A stretch of 64,000 bases of DNA from Phaeosaccion multiseriatum (lineage: Eukaryota; Protista; Ochrophyta, other classes), in NCBI GenBank assembly GCA_965112735.1, contig OZ218951.1:2728001-2792000 (forward strand), given 5' to 3'. This document shows, piece by piece, positions 44,218-62,825 of this stretch; within the stretch, counting starts at the first letter, position 1, and each line of letters opens with the position of its first letter. Under the pieces are notes generated by a model. It was not told where the DNA came from. It worked only from the letters and a program-made list of their open reading frames with translations, and did no database searches. A program made the translations under genes and the position numbers.

Positions 44218-46532
44218 ATGTTGTCCCTGTGTTGCCTTGTTGTCCTGTGCTGTGCGACGACTGCAAGCGCTTTTGTCAGTCCAGGCGTTGCTGGTAGGAG
44301 ACTTGCCACCTCTGTGTTTTTCGAGAAGCCTGAGCGTTCGGAGAAGCTTCCCGACGGCGTGATAGATGTTGGCGATCCGCTCGGTCCCGCAGGTGAGGGA
44401 CACAATGGGTGGGGCGTGAGGCGGGGATCCTCGAGAGAGGGTGTGTGAGAAAGAGAAGGGTGGGGCTATCTGAGGGGGAGTAAAGGAAAGAGATGTGGCG
44501 GCGCAAACTGGGGAGGCCCGAGGGGCCCTCAGCATCTCGGTTCGCCTCCTTGACTCTGATACAGAAACCCCCGGCCTTCTCCAGACTTGGCGCAAGAGTT
44601 TTACGACTGCTGGAATAGAGGAGACACACAGAGGGCCATTGCGTGCTTCTCCAATGACGTCGTCTTCCACGACATGAACAACAGGGTAAGAATTTACGTG
44701 CAGAGAGGGAGAGAGAGAAAGAGAGAGGGAGATAATGGGAGGAGCGTAGAGATCTGACCTTTGGGTAATGCCACGGCTGGGAGAAGAATCCCTGAATCAC
44801 CAGCAGGAGAACGCGGCGGGACGGCAGGGAAAGCCGTAAGCCTAGACAGGAGAGACAGGAGTAGCGAGCGCGGCACGTCTCCCTCTCCCCGCCTAATGCT
44901 CGCTCGCCCATCTACACGCGGGCTACTGCGCTAGTGGGGGAGAGAATTCACGCTCTGTGCCTTTATGGATTTGTGACGTGCGTCCCCTCGTCTGCCACTT
45001 GCACACCGCAGAAGCCTTACGTGGGCAAGGCAGCCACGTTAGAGTACTTCGAGGATTGTATCGACTCCCTGCCAGGTAGAGGGTTGGGGAGTGGGGAGTG
45101 GGGCATGAAGAGGGGGGTGGAGAGAGTAACGCGGCTATGCTGTGTGTCTCTGTCCTCTGACTCAAATGATATGTGCACGAGGGCCCTTACTACGTAAGAC
45201 ACTCCTTTCTCACCCTTTGAGGCCCGTCTCTCTGGCCTCGCTCCTCTAGTGTACGATAGCCTATGTGCTCACCAAGTTTGGCCCCCGTGCCTTTCATTGA
45301 TGCTCCGTCCCACTCCACTCCACTCTACTCCACTCCACTCCATCCACTCGACTCCACTCCACTCTGCTCTACTCTACTCTACTCTACTCTACTCTTCTCC
45401 ACTCCACTCCACTCCTCTTTACTTAACTCCACTCCACTCCACTCCTCTTTACCTCACTCCATTCCACTCCACTCCACTCCTTCTCCTCTCCACTCCCCTC
45501 CACTCCTCTACACTCCACTCCCCTCCCCTCCTCTGCACTCTACTCCACTCTACTCCACTGCCATGCATATTGCACCGTTACTGACTTACTGACGTGTCTT
45601 TGTATTCGTTCGCCTGACATGATGACGTGACACAATACGGTGGTACAATCGAATATTGACTCTGCAGGGTGGCAGTTTGTGGTCGACGACTTCGCAGAAG
45701 ACAAGGAGAGAGGCCGCCTCGGCGTGATGTGGCACGTGGAAGACAAGGAGGGAGACGCGCTGCCCATCCCTACCCGGGGGCTCAGCTTCCTCAAGTGCGT
45801 TCAGCTCTGTCCGTCTTTTCTATTTGTTTGTGTGTCTGTCTGTCTCTCTGTTTGTCTGCCTGTCTGTCCGTCTGTCTGTCTGTAGTGCGTTCAGCTCTGC
45901 CTGTCTTTTCTATTTGTTTGTGTGTCTGTCTGTCTCTCTGTTTGTCTGCCTGTCTGTCCTCCGTCTGTCTGTCTGTAGTGCATTCAGCTCTGTCCGTCTT
46001 TTCTATTTGTTTGTGTGTCTGTCTGTCTCTCTGTTTGTCTGCCTGTCTGTCCTCCGTCTGTCTGTCTGTAGTGCATTCAGCTCTGTCTGTCTTTTCTATT
46101 TGTTTGTGTGTCTCTGCCTGTCTGTCTGTCTTTCTGTCTGTCTGTCTGTTTCTCTTCTCTCCCCCCCCACCCCCCCCCCTTTCCCCTCTCTCTCTCCCTC
46201 TCTCATCTACCTACTGATCTATCTACCACCTACCTCTCTCCCTATCCCCCTGCGTGCCTCCGCGTCTCCTCCTCCGCGTCTCCTCCTCCATAGCGGGCCC
46301 TCTTCGTATATCCTTGCAGCCCCTCCCTCCCCCCCCCCCCAACGTATAGTGCGTATGTACCAACCTCTACCCTCCCCCCCCCCCCTGCAGATTCGACGAA
46401 GACGGCTTGATCTGTGAGTGCATGGACATCCCTGAGCCCACCGTCAAGGCAGGCAGTCTGCAGCTGCCCGTTCTCAAGGTGGTCAGCAGGTTCCTGCCTC
46501 TCCTGAAAAGAATGCCTAGAGAATCTGTCTAG
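44218..46532 (+). CDS. Plastid-targeted SnoaL-like/NTF2-fold protein; exons 44218-44392, 44585-44685, 45012-45075, 45668-45794, 46391-46532; ~202 aa
   Basis: The presequence MLSLCCLVVLCCATTASA-FVSP has an ASAF motif. The domain reads DLAQEFYDCWNRGDTQRAIACFSNDVVFHD...KPYVGK...G|WQFVVDD...LGVMWHVE...PTRGLSFLK|FDEDGLI...DIPEPTVK. The exons total 609 nt. Confidence 0.8.
45305..45560. repeat. (CTCCA/CTCTA)n pentanucleotide microsatellite, intronic
   Basis: Read directly in intron 3 of the SnoaL gene. Confidence 0.9.
45794..46150 (+). repeat. Intronic tandem repeat, ~90-93-bp unit x ~3.6, each unit starting with the donor sequence A|GTGC(G/A)TTCAG
   Basis: Units start at ~45794, 45884, 45977 and 46070: agtgcgttcagctctg..cgtcttttctatttgtttgtgtgtctgtctgtctctctgtttgtctgcctgtctgtcc... 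Confidence 0.9.
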
Positions 46533-46938
46533 TTCATATAGAGAAGAGAGAGAGAGAGAGGGAGTGAGGGAGAGAGAGAGGGGAACGGGGTGTGCTTGGT
46601 GGTGAGTAAGCGCGATTCGGAGAGAGGGGACTGACCGACTGACCGACTGGCCGACTGGGCAACTGCGACATCCGCCTTTGCCCGCAGGGGCCGTTCCTGT
46701 GTACATACTTTTACTTTTGACCAACAGTTGGCTTTTAGAGGGGGAGGGGGGATGGGGGGGCGGCTTGAGATGACCAATTGAAGCCCTGGCAAGAATAGAC
46801 ACTCTAGCTTTAATGTATGTATTTATTACAACAAGGAGTTTGTGATCGCCCGGTTCGCTACGGAGGAGGACACAGAGCAGCAAGACGCCGCTGAGAAGAA
46901 GGCGCCTGGGCCTTGGCCGTGGGTGCTTACTTACTCAC

Positions 46939-47878
46939 TCATTCCCCTTTGCCCTCCTCCTCCTCCGCTTCCTCCTCCTCTGCGTTCTTCTTGTTTGGAT
47001 CTGCTTGAATCGCTACCAGTGTAAAGTTGTCCTGCTGCGCTATAATCATTTCGTACTCGTTGGTTTTTAACCTTAGAGACACCACATCATTCTGGTACGT
47101 TGTTCCATTCCAAAAGGCGGGCGGGGCGGAGAGGGCGGTCAAGTTGAGGGGAAGGGCGCGAGGAGGGTGTGAGAGACAGAGAGCAGAGGCAAGGAAGCAC
47201 ACAATCCCCTTCTCATCCCTCAGCGCCCCTTGAGATGAATGGGGCGTGGGATGCATTCCTTAATGCAGAGGCCGTCAGGCACCACGCACACACACACACA
47301 CACGCACACCCACACACAGGAGTATGTCAAGCGCACTCGTACTCACGTCTGGTGGCTCGAAAAGCTCTCTCATGTACTTTTTGGACTTGAAGGCGAGGTC
47401 GAGTACGAGGGCAGCGTGATGTACGGCGGATTGGTAGTCCATGTTCTCGTACTTTATCACGATGCCTGGGAGGGACAAGCGACGAGCGGGTGTAGTTAAG
47501 GTATGGGAGTAAGTGGGGGAAGGGGGACTTTTGGGATGGAAGCTCCTGTCACTCTGCTTGTCACCCTCCCCCGTTCCTCAAGGAGCGAAGCCCTTACCGT
47601 CGTTGTTCATAATGACATATGCATGGAAGCCTGGGTTTCGCTTCAGGTCCTTGATAACCTCCTCTACTTCATTGGTTTGATGGGCCTGACGGAGGACAAG
47701 CGATGGAGGGACGCGTCAAATCTCCCCTCTTTCCAAGCCTGCAGGACAAGAAATCATCCACTAAACAAGCACACCCCCCTCCATCTGCCACCACCACACC
47801 TATCGCATTGTTTATATAGAAGCCGTCTCTTTTTCAGCTCTGCACTCTCTCCCCATCCACCCCATGACTTACCGCCAT
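46939..47878 (-). CDS. DYNLRB: Dynein light chain, roadblock/LC7 family; exons 47878-47873 (ATGGCG only), 47685-47598, 47465-47347, 47091-46939; ~121 aa
   Basis: MA|AHQTNEVEEVIKDLKRNPGFHAYVIMNNDG|IVIKYENMDYQSAVHHAALVLDLAFKSKKYMRELFEPPD|NDVVSLRLKTNEYEMIIAQQDNFTLVAIQ is a classic roadblock/LC7 pattern. The exons total 366 nt. Confidence 0.9.
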
Positions 47879-48832
47879 CTTCGCTGCTGCTGCTGCTGCT
47901 GCCGCCGCCTCCTTCCGCAGCTGTTGCCACTAGCCCTAGAGGAAAAGAAATAGGGGAGTTTGTCTCGGGTCCCAGCACAGCTGCGCGCAATCGCCCTCCT
48001 CCACTCTTGAGAAAGTGTGTGGGTCAGCACCTGCTGCTCTACTCGCAAATGCTCATCGCCTACAATCAGAAACTGCGTGCTTGATAGCTGACCGTGTCGG
48101 AGCCTCACTCTCCTCTCTGGTTGAAGGCTTTTAAGGCTTTACGGTCTCCTCTTTCGCCTGTTTTTTCAATACTTACATTTCTCTCAGAGCCTCGAAACAG
48201 TTACGAGGTCAGGCGGAAACTGAAACGGCCCCCCCGGGTCGTTCGTGTTGACATAATGACAAAGCGGAAGTCGTCCCATGCCCTCAAACCCACAACGAAC
48301 CCTCTCCATTACGGGAGAGAGCGACAACCAGCAGATACACTGAACATCAAGTTACGGACTCGGCCTTCCCGGACCGCTCCTCTTGATGCTCTGGAGGGCG
48401 CCGCATAGCGCGTACTGAACGAATTGACATTTTCGTTCAAACAAAACGTACCCTCGACACCATGACCCGATGCTCTACATGAGCGTTGCCCCCCCTTCTC
48501 GTGAGGACGGGGGGAGGAGAGGTCCGAACCTCTCGCCCACACCTACACGTGTGCTTGCAGGCATCCATTTTCTTTTGTCTTGGTAGCCGCAGCGCAAAGC
48601 GCGAGCAACGGCAAGTGCCACTCCCTGTGGAGGGGAAGGGGAGAGAAATTGAGACGAGAAGCAGAGGCAGCGCAACGGACGGCCAGGATTCAGGGTCAGT
48701 GCAATTGAAGGCTGCCTTGGGAGTCACTGCAGCCGACTCGGGGCCGAGGAGGGTCCTGCAATATTGGAAATCGGACATAAATAGGCTTCCAAATACTGGG
48801 GACATTGAGACTTGAGGGTTGAAGGGAAGGTG

Positions 48833-51800
48833 ATGAGCCAATACTACCGGGGTTCGCCCTCAGACAGAGGGGTGGCGGGGGGCTACTCTCGCGAGCGAGC
48901 GGGACGGATGGACGGGACCACCTCTCCCGGCTTGAGCGGGATTAGCGGAAGCGGCACCAGCAGCAGCAGCGGACCCACGAGCAATGAGAGCAAGTGCCAT
49001 CAGGTCATGCTCGAGTGTATGCACAAAGTGGCGGAGATTATAGTGCTGAGTCGGCTCGTCATGCCCGATTCCAAGGGTGGCTTAGGCAGCAGGCAGCAGC
49101 AGCTGGCGGCAAAGAATCGGGTCAGGGTGAGTACGAGGGGGCATCTGAGGGAGGGAGGAGGAAAGGGGCGCGTGTGAGAGCTTTGAGGAGCATCTGGGGC
49201 TCTTCCTTTTTGCTCTATATATATCTGCGTTACTGGGGCTTTGCCTAGTCCCTTGATATGACAATGAACGACTCCGCTGGCCGCACAGAGGGCTGCGAGG
49301 GGAGGGAGAAGGCCAAGGGCAGCGAGGCAGAGGCAGGGGCAGGGGGCGGGGGCGGAGTGAGCGAATAGCGGCATAAACTGATGGCGGGTGGTTCTCCGCT
49401 GGCCTCAATGATGTTACAGCTTCGCGACCCGTGATACTACTCCCATTTCCAACCCGCTACCCCCCCCACCCCGTTCACCATGTCTGCCTCCCTCCCTCTC
49501 TTCAGACCCGCTCACCAACAAACACTGTCGTTTTGAATCAGCCCACCCTGGGGCGGCTGACGCACAGAGCGGTTTGCCCCCCCCATGGCCTTTCCGTTCC
49601 TCACATCGTCGTAACCCCCAACAATACAACCCCCTATCTCCCCCCCCTCCTCCCCTTTCACTCCCCTACTCTACTTCCCCACTACTCTACTCACTCCCTC
49701 ACCCCCGACCCACACAGTTTCACTTGGAGATTCCTGAGGTGGACTTGGTGCGTCGCTCCATGGAGGCGTGGACACACAACCCCTACTTACCACTGCGGCT
49801 GGACGTGTTTTGGCAGGGGCAGGGGCAGGGACAAGACCCTCCGAGAAGAGTGCTTCTGGAGCGGTGGGCAGTGGACTACCGCAAACCCAAAACCGCCCCG
49901 TCGGGGGACATTCTAGCGCAGGTACGTCCTTCGGTGTTTGTGCGTGTGTGTGTGTCTGTGTGTGTGCGTGTGTGTCTGTGTGTATGTATGCATGTGTACG
50001 AGTGTGTGTGCGTGTGGGCGTGTTTCCCTCGTTGTGTGTATGTGTGTATGTGTTGTCTCCCCTTCGGCTGTAGTCCTGTCCCCCCCTCCCACTCTTACCT
50101 ACCTCACTCTTCATCCTCGCCCCCCCCCCCCCTCCACCTCCACCCCACACTTGCCTTGTCTATCGTGCTCTCTCTCTCACCAGCTCCGTGGAGTGTGTAA
50201 GCGCGTGATTACGGTCCTGCGCACACTCCTCTCCTATGTCCGCATGCTCCCCGCCCACCAGCTCTTCCGTCGCCTCCAGCAGAGCCGCACTCGAGTCTCC
50301 TCTTCTTCTGCCTCTGCCGGCGGTTCATCGTCCTCGGGGGGCATCTCCTCTCTCCCAGAAGACATGGGCTTTTGTCTCTACACCCTCAGCGGGGGAGGAC
50401 CAGGAATGTCCTTCCCTCGGGGGGAGGCGACAGGGAGCTACCGCATCGGCCCTGTGGAGACCCCCTACGGCAGGCTCGAGATCTCCTCCACGCACAGAAA
50501 GTAAGGAGGGAGTTAAAGAGATAAGGGGACAGAGAGGAGGAGGAGGAGGAGGGACGGAGGCTTGCGTGAAATGAATTGGCGTTGCCTCTCCCCCCCAGGC
50601 TGGCCTTCGCGCAGAGGGAGAGGGGGGGAGATAGAAAGCCGATAGAGAGAGACCTGCATCAGAGCTCCAAGTTTCAGCAACCAGAGCCTTCCTTGCCTTG
50701 TGCTCAACAGAGGCAGATGGCCTTGTGCTCAACAGAGGCAGATGGCCCGAATCCTGCCCCGGTCCTTACACCTGCTCTTGTGCCTGCTCTCTCTCTCTCT
50801 CTCTCCATCCCCTCCCATTGCACGCGTTGCCCCGCACAGGTCTCTCGGCTCGCTGGACGCCCTCCGTCCGTCAGCCCTCATGGGCAGTGCCGGCCGCATT
50901 GAGCAGAACTTTCACATTGCCGACAATTACATGGCAAGAATGACTCAGTCTCCACCGCCCTCTGCGTCATACGAGCAGCAGCAACAGAATGAGGAGATGC
51001 GGCGCCATCAGCGCGAGCAGTACCAACAGCAACAGCAAAGGCAGCTCTATTCAAGCGAGTCGGAGGAGAGAGACATACCCAAGAGCGGGATAGGGGCAGC
51101 TCTGCAACACCACCATGATACACGGGGCCAGTCTCTGTTGGAGCAGCAGCAGCGACAGCACCAGCTACAGCAGCAGCACGTGACCAGCAGCAACGCGTCC
51201 CGTCATCACACACCGCAAACGTCTCTCGGAATTCTCAGTACCGATACCCCCCCAACTCCTCCTCTCAGTACCACCAGTGGCAGCACCAGCAGTGCGAGCA
51301 GCAGTCGGAGGCAGTACGCCGCTTACGAGCCTTCGTCATTGGGAAGAGAGAGAGACAGAGAAGGTGGATTCGTGATGAGTGGAGGAGGAGGAGGAGGAGG
51401 AGGAGGAGGAGGGGGGGGGGGGGCGAGCAGTGGGATGGTGGGGGCCATTGGGAGTGGAATGTTGGGCGGCGTTCCGGAGGGCACGCCCATCCCCCACGAC
51501 GGCATGGACAACAGATACACGAGCAGGGTTGGGGTTGGGGCGGCGTCCTATGCCAACCAGCCGTACCACCAACAGCAGCAGCAGCAGCAGCACCAGTACC
51601 AGCAGCACCAGTACCACCACCTCCACCACCACCACCAGCCCGGAAGCACCCCCCGGGGCCCCGGTTCTGACCCTGACCAGAGGGTTGTGCAGCACTCCAA
51701 GTCCTACGACGCCCCCCGGGGTCAGCAGGATTTCCACCACCACATGTTGAGGCAGCAAATGACGGGACAGCCCCCTCAAGGGCAGCAGCAAAAGCTCACA

Positions 51801-54465
51801 CAGATGGCGGGGCCCTACGGCTACGGTAGACCAGACTTGGTACCTCCGGATCAAGAGTCCTCCCAGGGGGGCTCCCAGGGGGGCTCCCAGGGGGGCAGCG
51901 GGATGGTGGACACACCGCCCACGAGCTCGGGTGGGTCTTCTGCTGTTGTGGTGGCTGCTGTGGCTGGATCCGGGCTGCGTGGTGGTGACTCCTTTAGCGA
52001 CGGGGCTGGGGTTGGGGTTGGAGGCGGAGGGGGCCCAAGCGCACCAAGTGGGAGTGCGGCGGCGACCAGGATGGACGACCCCGGGCGGTCCCCCCAGGGG
52101 GGCGGTACCGGTACCACCCGGGGGGGAAGTACCCGAGGTGGAGGATTCCGCCACTCCTCCTCGTCTCTGACTCGAGCGATGGCCGGGGTGGCCAACACCA
52201 CGCGCGATGAGCAAGTGGAGCGGAGGGACGACCACATGCTGGAGCGAAGACGAACGCTACACAATATGAAGGCGGCGCCGTCGTCCTCCTGGGAGGTCCA
52301 GCAGCAACAGCAGCAGCAGCAGCTTCTCATGATGTATCACCGAGAGGGTGGTGGAGGTGGGGACAGCAGCAGAGAGAGCAGCATCAGAGATGAGCGCTCC
52401 GGCTCTGGCGGTCGAGATGACAGGAGGGATGACAGTGGAAGGGGCCGCCACCACAGTGGGGCAGCAGCAGCAGCAGCAGCAGGCGGAGGAGGAGGAGGAG
52501 GAGGAGGAGGAGGAGCGGAGGAGCACAATCGCAGACAGGGGCATCAAGTGCAGCAGGGGCAGCAGGGGCAGCAGGAGCAGTATCCGCAGGAGTGGGAGGT
52601 GTCCAGGGCGGCAAGCAGTGGAGGCGGAAGAGGGCGGACGAGGTCAGGCTCCGGAGGAAGTGGAAGACCCCCGTGGGAAGGGACGCCGCCTTTCTCTTTC
52701 TCAGACCCTGCTGCTGCTGCTGGTGTTGGTGGTGGTGGCGGTGCGATGGCTTCGTCGAGCGGGGCATCTACCAAGTCGAGCTCCGCTAGCACCAGCACAC
52801 CGACGGGGGGAGGCAGTGGACAGACTGCAAATCAGTACCAGCAGCAGCAGCAGCAGCAACAACAGCGAAACATCCTCATTGGCAACTGCAGTCCTTTGTT
52901 CCCTTCACCAATGGGCATACCGCACCAGCACCAGCAGCAGCAGCAGCAGCAGCAAGGGACCGGTGGAAGTGGCGGCAGTGGTGGTGTTGATGCGACAACT
53001 GAATCCATGCTGTTGCTAGCAGCGTCGGCGACAAACGCCACCTCGCAACTAGAAAGGCTGCCTGCATCTCCCTTCCAGAGTGACCCACAGATGGCGCAGA
53101 CAGAGTTGGTACTGTCTCCACACCTCTTGCGACATCACGGTTTGCTGAGCACGCTTAGCGGCCCCCTTGGAGGGCCGGGAGGGGCGGAACCAGCGATTAG
53201 CACGTCCGCTCCCAACGATCACTCTCACTCCTCTCACTCCTCTCACTCTGCTTCTCGCCCGGGTGGTCGGAGTTTCTTGCTGTTATCCGACATTCTACCC
53301 CCCCCGCCCTATTTCGGGCCCACGGCTGTCACCTCCTCGGTTATCAAGCTGCAGCAACAGCAACAGCACCAGCACCACCACCAGCTGGTGGCGACGAGAG
53401 GAGGAGGAGGAGGAGGAGGAGGAGCGAGTACAGGGGCAATGGCTGTGGGGGTTGGCGTTGGGCAGGATGAGGACACTCTGTCGAGTCAGCTGGGGCGGCT
53501 GGGACTCTCTCACCCCTCCCACCAAGGGGGGGGGCGCGAGCGGGGTGTGGTGGAAGAGGTGGAGGCAGAGCTTGCCGAGAAGGAAGGGGGTGGTGTCATG
53601 GACGAGACGGAGGGTGAGGGAGGAGACGCCGCTATGATGCCCTTTGCGCTGTCGTCTGACAATATGGAGCAAGAAGTAGGGTACCACCACCACCAGCAGC
53701 AGCAGCAGCAGCAGCAGCATGGGGAGGGGGGCTCTCAACAGCAAGAGGCCGGCGGGGGAGGTGCATCGGGAGGAGGCAGTGGTGGTGCTAGTGGGGATGA
53801 TGGTCTTCCCCCCTCCGCCCACTCGACAGCCTCCGCGCTCTTCTCTCTCTGCGCCAAGGGGCAGGAGGCAGGGCGGGGGTACGGCCTGCAGGAGGGGGGT
53901 TTCGAACACGCACCCACACCCACCCACCACGCACACGCACACACATTGCGTGGGCAGGGGGCAGGGGCAGGGGCGGGGCAAGGTCTTGGGCAAGGCGATT
54001 CTGACTCCTCTGATTCAATGGGCTTCTCGTCTTCCATCCCCATCCACGCCGCCGCAGCTCCCCCACCGAGCTCAGCTTCTTATATGCTCAAATCTGTGGT
54101 ACGTACATGCGGTGCTACCCTCGTGAGTGTGTGTGCGTGAGTGCGTGAGTGTGTGTGTGTGTGTTAGAGTGGGTCTTCGCCTGGTGTGGGATCTTGCGAT
54201 GGCCGTAGTGAGGCGGCAGGAATGTATCCCCCAAGTAGGCGTACTTCACTTCCTCACTTCTAAGCCTGTTCGTCCCCGCTTGTCTCCTATCTGCTGCTGC
54301 TCCACTTTGTTGACTTCACGCACTCTACACACACATCAGCAAACACTGGAGGAGGAGCTGGGGGAGTTTCGTCGGTTTCACAACTCCATCTTGTTAGGCG
54401 GAGATGGACTACAACCAACAACACCATCACCACCGCCAGAATCACCAGGAGAAGGAGGAAGATAA
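48833..54465 (+). CDS. ATG13: Autophagy protein ATG13 (N-terminal HORMA domain, very long disordered region, C-terminal helix); exons 48833-49126, 49718-49921, 50184-50500, 50840-54098, 54340-54465; ~1399 aa
   Basis: HORMA motifs KCHQVMLECMHKVAEIIVLSR, FHLEIPE, PLRLDVF, VLLERWAVDY, KRVITVLRTLLSYVRMLPAHQLFR and PVETPYGRLEIS. The C-terminal TLEEELGEFRRFHNSIL resembles the plant ATG13 terminal helix. The exons total 4200 nt. Confidence 0.85.
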
Positions 54466-55456
54466 GGAGGAGGATGAGGGGGAGGAGGAGGAGGAGGAGG
54501 AGGAGGAGGAGGAGGAGGAGGATGAAGAGGAGGACGACGACGACGATGACTCACACCAGCAACACCAGCGCAGCGAACGGGACACTGAAGCAGCAGAAGG
54601 CAGCAGAGGCGAACGAACACGCTGTTGGAAAGGCACCCCCCCCTCCTCCACTGGGGGCGTTGTGTGACGTCAGGGGGTGGGGGGGGGTTGTGTGATGTCA
54701 GGTGGTAGCGGGGGTCGGAAGGGGTTAAAAGGGGGAATTGTATATCAATTACATAGGGGGTGGGAAGGGGTGGGCAGGTAGAGAGAAGGTGTACCTATGG
54801 GGGTGATGGTGCGGGAGAAGAAGAAAAAGAAAAAGAAGGGAAACGGAACAGAACAGAACCGAACGGGGATTTATTAAGATGTAGTTGTATATGTTGAGAA
54901 AGGAGGAGAGAGAAAAGGAACGATTTTGAGACAAGCCACACATCTCTTGTTAGCCACACAAATAAGAAGTTTTAAGACCAGAGATACCATAGGCTTGAAA
55001 GTTGATTATCAATATATAGAATGTTGTTTCAGCCGCGCGTCATTGCATCGCTTCTGGATCGCGTTCGGGAGAACACACACACACACGCACACACACACAA
55101 CACACACACTGCTGTCTGTGCTCTGGTACTCTCCCATCCCCGCCGGACCCTTCACTCTTCTCTTTCACTGACTTCGGTACTGGTCTTGTACGATGCCTTG
55201 CCCTCTCCTCTCCTCCTTCCACTCTCTCTTCTCTCTCCCCCTCTCTCTATCTCTCTTTCCTCTCCTCTCTCCCTCCCGTCCCTCTCCGTTATATCTCCCT
55301 CTCTCCCCCCCTTCTCCCTCCCACACCCTCTCTCTCTCTCTCTCTCTCTCTCTCCACCTTTGTACAAAGAACTCGTCGCACCACCAGCCAACAAAACAAC
55401 AAAAAGCAATAGTACAGTAGTGACGAAGCGAAACTAAAAACGAAACCCCACAACAA

Positions 55457-61027
<5,571 letters not shown>

Positions 61028-62261
61028 CTTGATGAGGGAGCAAGGCAAGCAAAAGCAAGCGTGGATACGACCGATCTACGACCCCCTTGCCATATTAACG
61101 GTTTTACTATTACCATTCGGGTGCCATCCGCCGGCTTTTCACCAACCCCCCCCCTTCTTTTACCCTTGCACACACACAAAACCCCACAAAAGGAATTCTG
61201 AATTCTATTAAGGAGGCCCCATAAGCTGTTTCCATACGCTGCTCGCGTGTTACGGAGTCGTCACTGGTACAAAAGGCGCCGGGAGCAGGCAGAATGAGGC
61301 TCGGTAGCACCCAAGCAACCAAAACCCCCCAACCTCCTCCCCCCCCGCCAGATCTGCTTCTGCTCGGCTCATGGGTCGCCTCTACCCACACTATGGACTG
61401 TGAGTGTGTGAGTGTGGGTTATTCATGCGAGGATACACGCAGCCACACGCCAGGGTGCTCAAGTGTGGCGCTTGTCACGCCACCCACTCCGTACAAACGA
61501 CGCCCAGCATCTCTGAGCTGTGCCACACATACACATACACGTGTGCAAGTGAAAACCGGCGTCTTGCTGGCACCGCAGAAAATGCAACAGAGCAGCAGAC
61601 GCTTCGAGCGCTCCCCTGCCTGCCTGCCTGCCTGCCTGCCTGTCTGTCTGCCTGACTGACAGACTGATTGACTGCCCGACTGACTGCCTGCGCCATCTTC
61701 AGCGAGGATGAGGAGAGCGTCCGGGGCACAGCAGATCACAGCAGAGCAGAAGGGTAGTACAACGTGTCAAGCTCCAGCTCGGAGTCCAGTCCTTCTCCTG
61801 CCAAGCTGGCGAGATGGTGCGTGTGCTGTGTGCGTCTGGTCCTCTTCGATGCCGCCTAGCGGACTTGCCTTTGACCCCAACGGAGGGAAGAGCTCCCCCT
61901 CTAAACGCAGGGCATCAATCCCACATATCCAACGCAGAGCATCCCCATATGCCTACAGCTACCTGCTCGCTTCAAGATCTTCGGTGTCTCTGGTCTCTGA
62001 TGCCCGAAGTACTCCCCAGATGGCAACAGACGTTTCGATCGCTCAACCTCCTCGAGAGGTTCTCCTCCCTCCCCGGCCACGTTCGCTCGTCGCCTCTGCC
62101 TCTAACCCTTCTCCACTGACTTATGCCCCCTCCTTCTCCACACACATGTTGAGTGCATGTGTTTGTGTGGGGTGGGGATAGGGGGGGGGGGGGGGCATAA
62201 AGAAAAAGAGACACACTGAAGACGTGCACAGGTGCTCTGTTGTCTGTCCAACAGACAACAG

Positions 62262-62302
<41 letters not shown>

Positions 62303-62350
62303 CACGCACGCAGGTGGTGAGGTCTTGTGCATCTGTCCGTCCGGCCGTTG

Positions 62351-62790
62351 CTATCTCTTGCCGAGCACCTCAAGAATCAAGTCCCTGCTGAGCGACTTGA
62401 AGGCATCTGACTTGGTCACGAGGTCAAAGTGCCGCACAATAAAGCCCAGGCAGAGGTCCCTCAGCTGCAACGCGTTAAACTCATCGCTCATTTGTAGCAA
62501 CACAGACGCGTTCTCAATGTTGATACCCTTTTGCAGCGTCAACTCGCACATGCTCTTGAGTCGGTCAATCGTGTACAAATCCGCGGCAATGTACAGCTCA
62601 ATCGCATTCTCGGCGGAAATGTCCACCGTGTCGGAGTAAATGTACTCCATCAACGCTAGGAAAACAGGGTGACGAATATGCGGGATGACCACCTCCTTCT
62701 CCACGCTCTCTCGCATGCCGGAGCTAAACATGGCGCGGAAGTGCTGGCAACGTACCGCCAGCACGGCTTTGTGGCAGTACACCGGCTGAC

Positions 62791-62825
<35 letters not shown>

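Noticed and set aside
45794-46150. CRISPR-like appearance of regularly spaced repeats (also 14162-14436 and 41223-41302)
   Set aside because: The units are contiguous with no unique spacers, there are no cas genes, and the context is eukaryotic.
61419-61696. Minus-strand ctgaagATGGCGCAGGCA|gtcagt with a repeat-filled putative intron, suggesting a small extra gene
   Set aside because: The best splice gives only ~36 aa with no recognisable homology. It may be UTR sequence of the flanking genes.
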